DNA of 64,000 nt from Candidatus Calditenuis fumarioli (GTDB lineage: Archaea; Thermoproteota; Nitrososphaeria_A; Caldarchaeales; Calditenuaceae), in contig JANVYR010000001.1 in the NCBI GenBank assembly GCA_030059665.1, positions 793,046 through 857,045 on the forward strand, read 5' to 3'. Below the pieces are notes generated by a model that worked only from the letters and a program-made list of their open reading frames with translations, was not told where the DNA came from and made no database searches. How positions within the stretch are numbered: position 1 is the stretch's first letter; each line of letters starts with the position of its first letter. This document shows, one piece after another, positions 46,070 to 54,975 of this stretch. Made by a program: the position numbers and the translations under genes.

Positions 46070-46908
46070 CCGCCCGACCACCGGACGCATGACCTCGCTA
46101 TATGCTCCATCAGCCGGTGTCCCGGGTCGATCCCTGTCCAGAGCCTGAAGGAGTGGGCCGCCTGCCTCGCCAGCACCTCGATCCCGTCGACGACCTCGCA
46201 TCCCGCCGCCCTCCCCAGCCTCGTCGCCGGCGGCTCGCCGGTCCTCGAGTAGACCAGGTCGACCAGGAAGGCGACCCCCCTGAGGTCCTCGACGTCGAGA
46301 GGGAGGTCCGCGTCGTGCGAGAGGCCCGCGGGTATCGCGTTCACCACCACCTCGGCTCCCCTCACCACGCGTCCCAGCTCCGACAGCGGCGCGAACCTCG
46401 CCGGAACACCGAACCTCTCCCCGCACGTCCTGGACAGCTCGAGGCCCCTCGACTCGGTCCTGTTGACGACCACCACTTCTCGGGCCCCTGTCCTTGCGAG
46501 CGCGTACGCAGCTGCCCTCGCAGCACCGCCAGCACCTATCAGAACGGCCCTCCGGAACCCCACCGCACCCCTCTCCCTCAGCGCCTCCTCTACGGCGACC
46601 CAGTCGGTGTTGTGGCCCTCCCAGCCGTCAGGCGTCCTGACGAGGACGTTGACAGCACCGATCGCCTCGGCGTCCCGCGAGACCCTTACCGAGCACCGGA
46701 AGGCCTCCTCCTTGTGGGGGATCGTCACGTTAAGCCCGAGGAACCCGAGGTCGTGGAGGGACCTGAGGACGCTCCTGACAGCCTCTCGTTCTGAGACGTC
46801 GATGGCCACGTACCTGTGCGGCAGCCCCTTGATCAGACAGGTGACGGAGTGGATGACCGGCGAGAGGGAGTGCGATACGGGATGGCCTATCAGCCCGAGT
46901 AGCGCCAT
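46066..46908 (-). CDS. aroE: Shikimate dehydrogenase
   Basis: HSLSP, NVTIPHK, GAVN, NTD, GAGGAARA, QAA.SF..W; ATG 46908. Confidence 0.95.
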   Translation of the reverse strand: MALLGLIGHPVSHSLSPVIHSVTCLIKGLPHRYVAIDVSEREAVRSVLRSLHDLGFLGLNVTIPHKEEAFRCSVRVSRDAEAIGAVNVLVRTPDGWEGHNTDWVAVEEALRERGAVGFRRAVLIGAGGAARAAAYALARTGAREVVVVNRTESRGLELSRTCGERFGVPARFAPLSELGRVVRGAEVVVNAIPAGLSHDADLPLDVEDLRGVAFLVDLVYSRTGEPPATRLGRAAGCEVVDGIEVLARQAAHSFRLWTGIDPGHRLMEHIARSCVRWSGG

Positions 46909-47609
46909 GCTCCCAACAGCTCCGAGAGCGAGTGGGCGGCCCTCCTCGTCTCCTCGACCGTCATCTGTCCCGGAGCGACCTCCATCCCCTGAAGTGCGGC
47001 GTACGCGAAGGGAGCTCCGAGGACGAGGCTGAGGGGCCTCGTGAAGGCGTACTCCTTCCCGACGGAGAAGGCGATCAGGTTCCCCTTCGACCAAGGGAGG
47101 CTGTGGTACAGCGAGAGCGTGGCGATCGCTCCCACGAGCGACGAGGGCCTGGTGACGACCTTGACCAGGTCGCCGTGCTCCCTCAGGGCATGGGCCAGCT
47201 CCGCGAGCTTCTCCGGGTCGGAGCCGTTGGGGCCGAGGTGCGCAGATGCGATGACCCTTGACCTTCCGAGCTCGGCCACGACCTGCCTGACCTGCTCGTG
47301 TCCGAGAGCGTGGGAGTCCACGTCGATCAGGTCCGATCTGGGACCGACCCTCCTGAGGACGTCAGCGGCCTCTTCCGGTCCCCCCGAGAACCTCCCTCCC
47401 TCCGCGGAGCTCCTGAGGGTTGCGACGGTCTCGATGCCGAGCGACCTCACCTCCCTGAGCGTGACATCGGCCTGATCGAGCCGATCGAGGTAGTCGATCC
47501 TCAGCTCCACCATGTCGGCCCCCTCTTCCTGCGCCCTCCTCGCCAGCTCCACCATCCGGCGGTGGCCCCCGGACGCAATCGAGACGCAGACCCTGTACCT
47601 CAAGCGCAT
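46890..47609 (-). CDS. aroD: Type I 3-dehydroquinate dehydratase
   Basis: DMVELRIDYL, TLRS.AEGG.F, ASAH, VKVV, TRPLS...GAPFAYA..APGQ. Confidence 0.9.
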   Translation of the reverse strand: MRLRYRVCVSIASGGHRRMVELARRAQEEGADMVELRIDYLDRLDQADVTLREVRSLGIETVATLRSSAEGGRFSGGPEEAADVLRRVGPRSDLIDVDSHALGHEQVRQVVAELGRSRVIASAHLGPNGSDPEKLAELAHALREHGDLVKVVTRPSSLVGAIATLSLYHSLPWSKGNLIAFSVGKEYAFTRPLSLVLGAPFAYAALQGMEVAPGQMTVEETRRAAHSLSELLGAWRYSG

Positions 47610-48592
47610 CAGACCTCGTCGATGAACTCCTCGACGGCGATCCCCATGTGCCTCGCGGCTTTCTCGGACACCCTCACCAGGACCTCGTCGCCCTGGGAGA
47701 GGGAGGTGACGTCTAGGACCTCGCCCTTGGGGCTGACCAGCCTGATGGTCTCAGCCTTCTGGAGCGCGACCGACCCGGTGACGCCGTTCACCTCCGCGAT
47801 CACGTTCACCAGCGGCCTCCGCTCGACCTTCACCCTCCCGACCGAGACGATCCTGGTGGAGCCATCGACCGAGACCATCAAAACCCTAGACCCCGACCTG
47901 AGCTCGGAGAGGTAGTAGGTCCTCTCGGAGGGCCCGAGGACGTAGCACTGGACGGATCCCGCGTTCACCCGGAAGGGCCTTGGTGGGGTCATCCGGCTGC
48001 CGATCGACTCGTTGTGGACGAGGAAGAGCATCCTCGCCATGTTCCCCACCAGCATTCCCTCGCCCGGCCTCAGCAGCGAGTTGGTGTCGACGCACGCCCT
48101 CTCGCCGGGACCGAGGCCCACGACGTCCTTTACCCTCGCGGCCCTGAGCTCCAACCTTCTGGGCGTCTCGACGAGCTCCCGGACGTAGTGAAGCTCCGAG
48201 AGGAGGTCCCTGGGGACCACGATCCCGTCAACTCCCCTCTCCAGGACGTGGATTAGGTCCTCGACCTCCTGGACGCTCCTCGCCCTCGCGAAGACCCTGA
48301 CGCCCCTTCCCTGAAGGGCCGCTATCACGTTCTCGAGCGCTATGATCCTCAGCTCCTCCGGCTCCACCAGGACCGCCTCCGTCCCCGGTCCGAGCGACCT
48401 GAGCATCGCCTCCACGTCCTTCTGGTCCCTGATCCTGAAGGTCTGCAATGAGCTGGGATTGTAGACGCGGATGCCGGCGTTCGCCGGTCCAACGTCGCCC
48501 AGCACCGCGTCGGCCCCGGCCTCGACGGCCCTCCTCAGGTCCTCCTCGCCGCCGACCTCTGCGATTAACTCCTTCCGCCTACCTCCGGACAT
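47609..48592 (-). CDS. 3-dehydroquinate synthase II (oxidative deaminating; archaeal aroB')
   Basis: IIALEN, LERGVDG, G.GERACVDT, RPFRVNAG, YLSELRSG, GRVKVERRPL, LQKAET. Confidence 0.93.
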   Translation of the reverse strand: MSGGRRKELIAEVGGEEDLRRAVEAGADAVLGDVGPANAGIRVYNPSSLQTFRIRDQKDVEAMLRSLGPGTEAVLVEPEELRIIALENVIAALQGRGVRVFARARSVQEVEDLIHVLERGVDGIVVPRDLLSELHYVRELVETPRRLELRAARVKDVVGLGPGERACVDTNSLLRPGEGMLVGNMARMLFLVHNESIGSRMTPPRPFRVNAGSVQCYVLGPSERTYYLSELRSGSRVLMVSVDGSTRIVSVGRVKVERRPLVNVIAEVNGVTGSVALQKAETIRLVSPKGEVLDVTSLSQGDEVLVRVSEKAARHMGIAVEEFIDEV

Positions 48593-49364
48593 GGATCAGG
48601 GCCTCCTCCGGCCTCTTCCCCTCGAGGACGATCGCCCGGATCGCCCTGACTATCCCTCTCGGGTTCTCGTGCATGAAGACGTTCCTCCCTATCGTCACGC
48701 CCATGGCACCAGCCCTTACCGCACCCCACACCATCTCGAGGACGTCCTCGTCGCGGTCGGACTTGGGGCCTCCTGCCATCACCACCGGCGCGGGGCAGGT
48801 CTCGACCACCTCCCTGAACGTCTCGGGTGATCCGGTGTAGGGGACCTTGACGACGTCGGCCCCGAGCTCGGCACCGACCCTCGCGACGTGGGCTATCACC
48901 TTCGGGTCGTTCGGGTCCTTCACGTTCTCCCCCCTCGGGTACATCATGGCTATCAGCGGCACCCCGTACTCGTCGCACTCGTCTGCAACCATCCCCAGCT
49001 TCCTGAGCATGTGGGGCTCCGCTTTGCTGCCGATGTTGATGTGGACCGATACCGCATCTGCTCCCATCCTGAGCGCGTTCAGCACAGTCCCGTCCCTAAC
49101 CTTCCAGTTCGGATCGGGACCGAGCGAGGTGCTGGCTGAGAGGTGTAGGATGAAGCCGACCCTCGGAGGTCTCGGCATGTGCTTCAGTATCCCCTTGTTC
49201 GTCAGGACAGCGGTCGCTCCTCCCTCCTCCACCAGCTCTATCGTCCTGTAGATCCTGTCGAGCCCCTTCATCACGCCCGAGGAGACGGCGTGGTCCATCG
49301 GGATGCAGACCATCCTACCGTCCTGAGTTATCCGGGAAAGCCTCACCTGCTTGCCCCAGACCAT
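48579..49364 (-). CDS. 2-amino-3,7-dideoxy-D-threo-hept-6-ulosonate synthase (class I aldolase; archaeal aroA')
   Basis: PMDHAVSSG, HLSAST, MMYPRG, AELGADVVK, AGGPK; cotranscribed with DHQS II. Confidence 0.9.
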   Translation of the reverse strand: MVWGKQVRLSRITQDGRMVCIPMDHAVSSGVMKGLDRIYRTIELVEEGGATAVLTNKGILKHMPRPPRVGFILHLSASTSLGPDPNWKVRDGTVLNALRMGADAVSVHINIGSKAEPHMLRKLGMVADECDEYGVPLIAMMYPRGENVKDPNDPKVIAHVARVGAELGADVVKVPYTGSPETFREVVETCPAPVVMAGGPKSDRDEDVLEMVWGAVRAGAMGVTIGRNVFMHENPRGIVRAIRAIVLEGKRPEEALIHVRR

Positions 49365-50420
49365 CTATCCCAACCTCCCGGTCGCCTTGAGGAGCTCGGC
49401 CGTCAGGATCGCTATCCCCGCTGCCCCCCTCACTAGGTTGTTCGTCAGGCTCACGAACTTCACGGTCCGCTCCGACGAGCCCTTCCTGAGCCTGCCCACG
49501 TGGACTACCATCCCGGACCTGTCGTTCGATCCCGCGTCCAGCCTCGGCTGCGGCCTGTCCTCCTCACGCCTCAGCTCGATGGGCCTCGGTGGCGCCGTGG
49601 GAAGCTCCAGCTGCTGCGGCAGCCCCCTGAAGTCCTCGAGAGCCTCCGCCACCTCCTCGAGCTTCGCCTCCCGGGATAGCGTCACCGTCAGGGCCGCCAG
49701 GTGCCCCACCAGAGTGGGCACCCTCGTGCAGGTGGCGTCGATCGGGACCTCAGCCGGCCTGAAACCTCCGTCCTCGAAGGACCCGAGTATCTTCCTCGGC
49801 TCGAGCTCCACCTTCTCCTCCTCCCCCGGGATGTAGGGGATGACGTTCCCGAGGATCGCCATCGAAGGGACGCCGTTGTAGCCAGCGCCCGAGACGGCCT
49901 GCATCGTGACCACGTTGACGTGCCTCAGCCCGAACTCGTCGAGGAGCGGCTTCAGGGGCATGACGAAGGCCGTCGTGGTGCAGTTCGGGGTCGTCACGAT
50001 GAACCCGTCCCACTTCCTCCGCCTCCTCTGTACCTCTATCGCGTCGAGATGCTCCGGGTTGATCTCGGGAACGATCAGCGGCACGTCCTCGTGGTACCTG
50101 TTCGCCGAGGCGTCGGAGACAACCGGGAACCCGGCCTCCGCGAATTTGTGCTCCAGCTCCCGGGCCGCCTTGGTGGGGAGGCAGCTGAAGACCAGGTCGG
50201 CGTCGACCTTCGCAGGGTCCGAGGGAAGGACCTCCAGGTCCCAGTACTTCCTAGGCACGTCGCCCTTCCCCGCATAGGCCTCGACCAGCTTCTTCCCGAC
50301 GGTCGTGTTCCCCGTGACCGCGCTCACCTCGAACCACGGGTGGTCCGCGAGCATCTGCAGGTAGATCTGCCCGACCATTCCTGTGGCTCCCAGAACGCAC
50401 ACCCTCAACTTCCTTCCCAT
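49365..50420 (-). CDS. asd: Aspartate-semialdehyde dehydrogenase
   Basis: LGATGMVG, PEINP, NCTT, TMQAVSGAG, CTRVP..GH, NLVRGAAG; ATG 50420 with GGAGGTG SD. Confidence 0.96.
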   Translation of the reverse strand: MGRKLRVCVLGATGMVGQIYLQMLADHPWFEVSAVTGNTTVGKKLVEAYAGKGDVPRKYWDLEVLPSDPAKVDADLVFSCLPTKAARELEHKFAEAGFPVVSDASANRYHEDVPLIVPEINPEHLDAIEVQRRRRKWDGFIVTTPNCTTTAFVMPLKPLLDEFGLRHVNVVTMQAVSGAGYNGVPSMAILGNVIPYIPGEEEKVELEPRKILGSFEDGGFRPAEVPIDATCTRVPTLVGHLAALTVTLSREAKLEEVAEALEDFRGLPQQLELPTAPPRPIELRREEDRPQPRLDAGSNDRSGMVVHVGRLRKGSSERTVKFVSLTNNLVRGAAGIAILTAELLKATGRLG

Positions 50421-50426
50421 ACGAGA

Positions 50427-50564
50427 CACCTCCACAAACGAAGCCTGAGCGGAGGGGGCAAGGATGGAGGGAATTCCATTATCCCTCCCAGAAATAGAAG
50501 TAGGTATAGGCCGTGAAGGCGAACCCGAGCAGGTTAACACGGCCCATACCTACCCCCTCCGCTC
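50427..50564 (-). promoter_or_regulatory. Putative attenuator-like 5' leader of the asd-aro operon with alternative helices
   Basis: GAGCGGAGGGGGUA (50564-50551) pairs with UGCCCCCUCCGCUC (50460-50447); GGAGGGA (50488-50482) pairs with UCCCUCC (50472-50466); CCUCCGC or CCUCCAU can pair with the asd SD GUGGAGG. Confidence 0.65.
50479..50547 (-). CDS. Putative aromatic-rich leader peptide MGRVNLLGFAFTAYTYFYFWEG
   Basis: Manual translation; ATG preceded by GGAGG; 4 Phe, 3 Tyr and 1 Trp within codons 9-20; ends 58 nt before the asd ATG. Confidence 0.75.
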   Translation of the reverse strand: MGRVNLLGFAFTAYTYFYFWEG

Positions 50565-50584
50565 GCACCTCGCGGCAAACCCCA

Positions 50585-50593
50585 TAATATAAA
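50585..50593 (-). promoter_or_regulatory. TATA box for the leader-asd-aro transcript
   Basis: TTTATATTA on the minus strand; predicts a transcription start near 50564. Confidence 0.6.
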
Positions 50594-50637
50594 CGTTCGA
50601 AGCAAGGGTTCGGAGAGCAGAGCGACGCGTCGAGCGA

Positions 50638-51174
50638 TCACGAGATCCGGCCGCCATCGCCCTGCGCCAGCTTCATGCGCCTCTCCAGGACCTTCCTCCT
50701 GGGAGCGTGGTCCCTCTTCCAGACCATTACCGTCCTCCTGAACTCGACGACCGGCACGTTGTCCTGGTTGTATCCGACGGTCCTGACCTTGACGATCCCC
50801 ATTCCGGGCCTTGATCGGGACTCGCGCTTCTCGAGGACCTCGCTCTGGGCGTACAGCGTGTCGCCGGCGTAGACGGGGTGGAGGAACCTCACCTCCTCGA
50901 ACCCCAGGTTGATGGCGTTCTGGCTCACGTCCATCACGCTCAGCCCCAGCACAACGGCCAGCGTAAGGGCACTGTTGACCAGCGGTCTGCCCCACTCAGT
51001 CTCTGCGCAGTAATCGGCGTTGACGTGGATCTCGTTCGGGTTCATCGTGAGCAGCGTGAACCAGACATTGTCTGCCTCGGTCACCGTCCTCCCGTAGGGA
51101 TGAACGTAGACGTCTCCCAGCTCGAAGTCCTCGAAGTACCTGCCCTCCCAGCCCCTGAAGACCCTCCCCTTCAC
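50638..51174 (-). CDS. MaoC family dehydratase (hotdog fold)
   Basis: GRYFEDF, RTVTEADN..F..LT.N.N.IH, VYAGDTLYA.SEV. Confidence 0.9.
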   Translation of the reverse strand: MKGRVFRGWEGRYFEDFELGDVYVHPYGRTVTEADNVWFTLLTMNPNEIHVNADYCAETEWGRPLVNSALTLAVVLGLSVMDVSQNAINLGFEEVRFLHPVYAGDTLYAQSEVLEKRESRSRPGMGIVKVRTVGYNQDNVPVVEFRRTVMVWKRDHAPRRKVLERRMKLAQGDGGRIS

Positions 51175-51215
51175 GTCGCTCGTTCTGGAAGGAGGGCTAC
51201 AAATCCTCTACGAGG

Positions 51216-51334
51216 TGCGGGGGGTGGGATTCGAACCCACGAACCCTTCCGCCCGGGTCTGGCCTGCGGGACCGGGTATCCCTTCAAGGGGGACCTTAAG
51301 CCCGGCGCCTTTGTCCTGGCTTGGCTACCCCCGC
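51216..51334 (-). tRNA. tRNA-Leu(UAA) with two 17-nt introns (51278-51294 at 37/38; 51247-51263 in the variable arm)
   Basis: GCGGGGG/CCCCCGC acceptor stem, CCGGG/CCCGG anticodon stem, CT-TAA-G loop, GTGGG-TTCGAAT-CCCAC T arm; removing both inserts gives an 85-nt type II tRNA. Confidence 0.88.
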
Positions 51335-51415
51335 CCCGGAACGCATCGGCGTCCGGAGGATTTAGCTGTGGTGAGGTTGAGCTCCCCGGTACGTAAATTA
51401 CATCGGCGGTCGGGC

Positions 51416-52432
51416 GTGAGCGTGTTCAGGGTCTCGGTGATCAGGGGCGACGGGATAGGGCCGGTGGTGGTGAGGGAGGCGATCAGGGTCCTCGAGGCGG
51501 TCGGCGACCGCTTCGGTCTCTCCTTCCAGTTCGTGGACGCTCCGGCCGGCGACGCTGTCCAGGCGGAGACCGGTGAGGCCCTTCCGAGGGAATCCCTCCA
51601 GAGGATAAGGGGTTCGGACGCCTGCCTCAAGGGCCCCGTGGGGGAGACGGCCCGTGACGTGATCGTGCTCCTCAGGAGGGAGCTGGACCTCTACGCCAAC
51701 CTCAGACCCGCGAAGACCATGAAGGGCATACCCTCGAGGTACGGGAACGTTGACCTGCTCATCGTGCGGGAGAACGTCGAGGACGTTTACAGGGGCGTCG
51801 AGGACGTCGGCCGGGACCACGCCGTGTCGCTCGCGGTCTACACCAGGCACGGAACCGAACGGATCGCTAGGGTAGCGTGCAGAGAGGCCCTGAAGAGGAG
51901 GAGGAAGGTGACGGTCGTGGACAAGGCCAACGTGCTCCTCTCCCACAGGTTCTTCAGGGAGGTGGCGTCGGAGGTGATCAGGTCCCACGGAGGGATCCAG
52001 CTCGAGTTCATGTACGTCGATAACGCCGCGTACCAGCTCGTCGTCAGGCCGGAGAGGTTCGACGTGATCCTGACCACGAACATGTTCGGCGACATACTGA
52101 GCGACGAGGCGGCCGGCGTCTGCGGGACACTCGGCGTGGCACCGTCCGCCAACGTTGGGGACGCCTTCGGCCTCTTCGAGCCTGTGCACGGCTCCGCTCC
52201 CGACATAGATCCGGAGAGGGCAAACCCCACGGCGATGGTCCTAGCGGGTGCTATGATGCTGAGGTGGCTCGGCGAGACGAAGGGGGTCGAGGCGGCTCTG
52301 AGGGCAGCTGGTGCGGTGGAGAGGGCGGTGGAGCTCGTCCTGGCAGAGGGGAAGGTCAGGACGGTGGACCTGGGAGGGGGATCGATCGCGAGGGAGTTCT
52401 GCGACGCGGTGATCGCCAGGCTACAGGACTGA
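51416..52432 (+). CDS. leuB: Isocitrate/isopropylmalate dehydrogenase family (LeuB-like)
   Basis: GDGIGP, LRRELDLYANLRP, RENVEDVY, DKANV, NMFGDILSDE, FEPVHGSAPDI; the track's upstream extension overlaps the tRNA and was discarded. Confidence 0.85.
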   Translation: MSVFRVSVIRGDGIGPVVVREAIRVLEAVGDRFGLSFQFVDAPAGDAVQAETGEALPRESLQRIRGSDACLKGPVGETARDVIVLLRRELDLYANLRPAKTMKGIPSRYGNVDLLIVRENVEDVYRGVEDVGRDHAVSLAVYTRHGTERIARVACREALKRRRKVTVVDKANVLLSHRFFREVASEVIRSHGGIQLEFMYVDNAAYQLVVRPERFDVILTTNMFGDILSDEAAGVCGTLGVAPSANVGDAFGLFEPVHGSAPDIDPERANPTAMVLAGAMMLRWLGETKGVEAALRAAGAVERAVELVLAEGKVRTVDLGGGSIAREFCDAVIARLQD

Positions 52433-52434
52433 CC

Positions 52435-54144
52435 TCAGCCAGACGGCCCAGGCGAGGTAACCGCGCCCTTGCTCGCGGACTGGACGAGCGCCGCGTACTT
52501 CGCGAGCAGCCCTGTTCTGGCCCTCGGCGGCCTCGGCTTCCACCCCTTCATCCTCCTCTCCAGCTCGGCCCGGTCCACGAGCAGCTCGATCCTCCCCTCC
52601 CTCGCATCGATGAGCACCCTGTCCCCCTCCTCCACCACCGCTATGGGCCCTCCGGCCGCGGCCTCGGGGGCCACGTGTCCCACCATCATCCCGCGGGTGG
52701 CACCGCTGAAGCGACCGTCCGTCACCATCGCGACCGAGTCTCCGAGTCCAGCTCCGACGATGGCCGCCGTCACCCTGAGCATCTCCGGCATCCCAGGCGC
52801 TCCCTTCGGCCCGACGTACCTGATCACGACCACGTCGCCCGGTTGGATCTCGTTGCGCCGGATCGCCTCGAACGCCGAGTCCTCGTCGTCGAAGGGCCTC
52901 GCCCTCCCCTCGAACCGCTCGATTCCCGTGGCGGCGACCTTCAGCACGGCTCCCTCCGGTGCGAGGCTCCCCCAGAGTATCCTGATCCCTCCGGTGGGCT
53001 TGATGGGGTTCGCGGGGTCCTTCACCACGTGGTCGTGCGGTATGTCGACGAACCTGTACTCCCTCAGGCTCTCCGCCAGGGTCTTCCCCGTGACCGTGAG
53101 CGCCTCGCCCCTCAGGTAGCCGCGCTCGAGGAGCTTCCTCAGCACCAGCGGCACCCCTCCCACAGCGTCGAGGTCTGCCATCACGTACTGCCCTGCGGGT
53201 CTCATGCTCACTATGTAGGGGACCTTCCTGGAGATCTCGTCGATGTCGCGGAGCGTGAAGCTGACGCCGGCCTCGTGGGCTATCGCCAGCAGGTGGAGGA
53301 TGCCGTTGGTGGAGCCACCCATCGCCATCAGCAGCACCGTCGCGTTGTAGAGGGCGTCGTAGGTCACGACGTCCCTCGCCTTGATGCCCGTCTCTATCAG
53401 GTGGCCCAGCGCCTTCCCCGAGAGGTAGCAGTACATCGCCCTCCTCGAGGAGGTCGCCACAGGAGTCGACGATCCCAGAAGCGCGATGCCCAACGCCTCC
53501 GAGAGGGAGGCCATCGTGTTAGCGGTGAAGAGGCCCGCGCATGTCCCGACCGTCGGGTGAGCGTGCCTCTCTATCTCCATCAGCTCCTCCTCGGAGATCT
53601 TGCCGCTGACGTAGGCGCCGATCGACTCGTAGACGTCCTCTATCGTGAGCTTCCTGTCGCCCAGGTATCCCGGCTCCGCGGAGCCCCCATAGACGTAGAC
53701 TGAAGGCAGGTTGAGCCTGACCATCGCCATCATGATTCCTGGCTGAGTCTTGTCGCAACCGCCGATCCCCACGAGGCCGTCGAACGCGTGGGCCTGGACC
53801 TGGGCCTCTATCGTGTCAGCGATCAGGTCCCTGCTGACCAGGCTGTACCTCATCCCTTCGGTGCCCATGCTGATGTTGTCGTTCACCACCAGCGTCGGCA
53901 CCGCGAGACCCGTGACGCCAGCGGCCTCCATCCCGGCCTTGACGTGTCCTACCAGACCGAGCGTGTGGAAGTTGCACGGCCCGGCCTCGCTCCAGGAGAC
54001 GACCACGCAGCCGAGCGGCCTGTCGATCGCCGCGTCGGAGAGACCGATGGCCCTGAGGAAGGCCCGGTGGCTCGCGTTGAGTACGCCGTGGTACCTCGCC
54101 CTGCTCGGGAGGCCCTCCTTCAGCTCCCTGACCTCCGACATCAC
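52435..54144 (-). CDS. ilvD: Dihydroxy-acid dehydratase
   Basis: [48 protein letters not shown]. Confidence 0.96.
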   Translation of the reverse strand: MMSEVRELKEGLPSRARYHGVLNASHRAFLRAIGLSDAAIDRPLGCVVVSWSEAGPCNFHTLGLVGHVKAGMEAAGVTGLAVPTLVVNDNISMGTEGMRYSLVSRDLIADTIEAQVQAHAFDGLVGIGGCDKTQPGIMMAMVRLNLPSVYVYGGSAEPGYLGDRKLTIEDVYESIGAYVSGKISEEELMEIERHAHPTVGTCAGLFTANTMASLSEALGIALLGSSTPVATSSRRAMYCYLSGKALGHLIETGIKARDVVTYDALYNATVLLMAMGGSTNGILHLLAIAHEAGVSFTLRDIDEISRKVPYIVSMRPAGQYVMADLDAVGGVPLVLRKLLERGYLRGEALTVTGKTLAESLREYRFVDIPHDHVVKDPANPIKPTGGIRILWGSLAPEGAVLKVAATGIERFEGRARPFDDEDSAFEAIRRNEIQPGDVVVIRYVGPKGAPGMPEMLRVTAAIVGAGLGDSVAMVTDGRFSGATRGMMVGHVAPEAAAGGPIAVVEEGDRVLIDAREGRIELLVDRAELERRMKGWKPRPPRARTGLLAKYAALVQSASKGAVTSPGPSG

Positions 54145-54261
54145 CGCCTGAGGCTCCTACCCCCATATAAGCAGAAGTCAGGCCTCAGGGTCCGGAGGCG
54201 GACGGCCCCACCCCACATGTGCGGATCACGTTTTTCACGAGGAAGTGGGGGAGCAGACCGG

Positions 54262-54678
54262 ATGGCGCAGGCGCTGAGGGTCGACCCGTACAAGACGGTC
54301 TTCGTCGGGAAGAGGAAGGAGGCGGTCGCGAGGCTGAAGGTCGAGCGCGGCCAGGGGAGGGTGATGATAAACGGGATGCCCGTTGAGCTGATCGGGAACT
54401 GGGTGGTGCGCGAGAAGATTCTGGTGCCCCTGCGGCTCGCGGAGGAGGTGTGGAGGACGCACAACTTCTACATCAACGTCCAAGGAGGCGGCATCATGGG
54501 TCAGGCGGACGCCTGTGCTATTGCGATAGCGAGGGCGATCGTCGCCATCGATCCGGACCTGAAGCCCGTCATCGAGCGGTACGATTACCACCTGCTCTCC
54601 GGAGACCCGAGGAGGACGGAGCCGAAGAAGCCCAACAGGAGGTCCGCGAGGCGCTTCAAGCAGAAGTCCTACAGGTGA
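54262..54678 (+). CDS. rps9: 30S ribosomal protein uS9
   Basis: GKRKEAVAR, V.GGGIMGQADA, DPRRTEPKK....ARRFKQKSYR; ATG 54262. Confidence 0.96.
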   Translation: MAQALRVDPYKTVFVGKRKEAVARLKVERGQGRVMINGMPVELIGNWVVREKILVPLRLAEEVWRTHNFYINVQGGGIMGQADACAIAIARAIVAIDPDLKPVIERYDYHLLSGDPRRTEPKKPNRRSARRFKQKSYR

Positions 54679-54740
54679 GCCCACGGGCCCGTCACCGGCG
54701 GGTTCATAGTTTTTACGCGGCTATGGGTTGCTGAGGGGGA

Positions 54741-54971
54741 ATGCTGTTCCCGATAAGGTGCTTCAGCTGCGGCGCGCCGATCGGTCACCTCTGGGACAGA
54801 TACAGGCAGATGGTCGAGTCCGGGAGGAGGCCGGGAGAGGTGCTGGACGAGCTGGGGGTGAAGAGGTACTGCTGCAGGAGGATGTTCATCACGCACGTGG
54901 AGTACATCGACGAGCTGCTCGAGTTCCACATGCAGCGCGTCCAGCAGCTCCGCAAGTCCGGAGAGAGGTGA
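54741..54971 (+). CDS. rpoN: RNA polymerase subunit Rpo10 (RpoN)
   Basis: FPIRCFSCG, LDELGVKRYCCRRM. Confidence 0.97.
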   Translation: MLFPIRCFSCGAPIGHLWDRYRQMVESGRRPGEVLDELGVKRYCCRRMFITHVEYIDELLEFHMQRVQQLRKSGER

Positions 54972-54975
54972 GAGA

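Noticed and set aside
51247-51294. Alternative single-long-intron parse of tRNA-Leu using the second ACCCGG as the anticodon-stem 3' strand
   Set aside because: It leaves an unpaired variable region (GCGGAAGGG), whereas the two-intron parse gives a canonical Leu arm and a perfect BHB.
51215-51415. N-terminal extension of the LeuB-like ORF
   Set aside because: It is the antisense of the tRNA-Leu gene; homology starts at GTG 51416.
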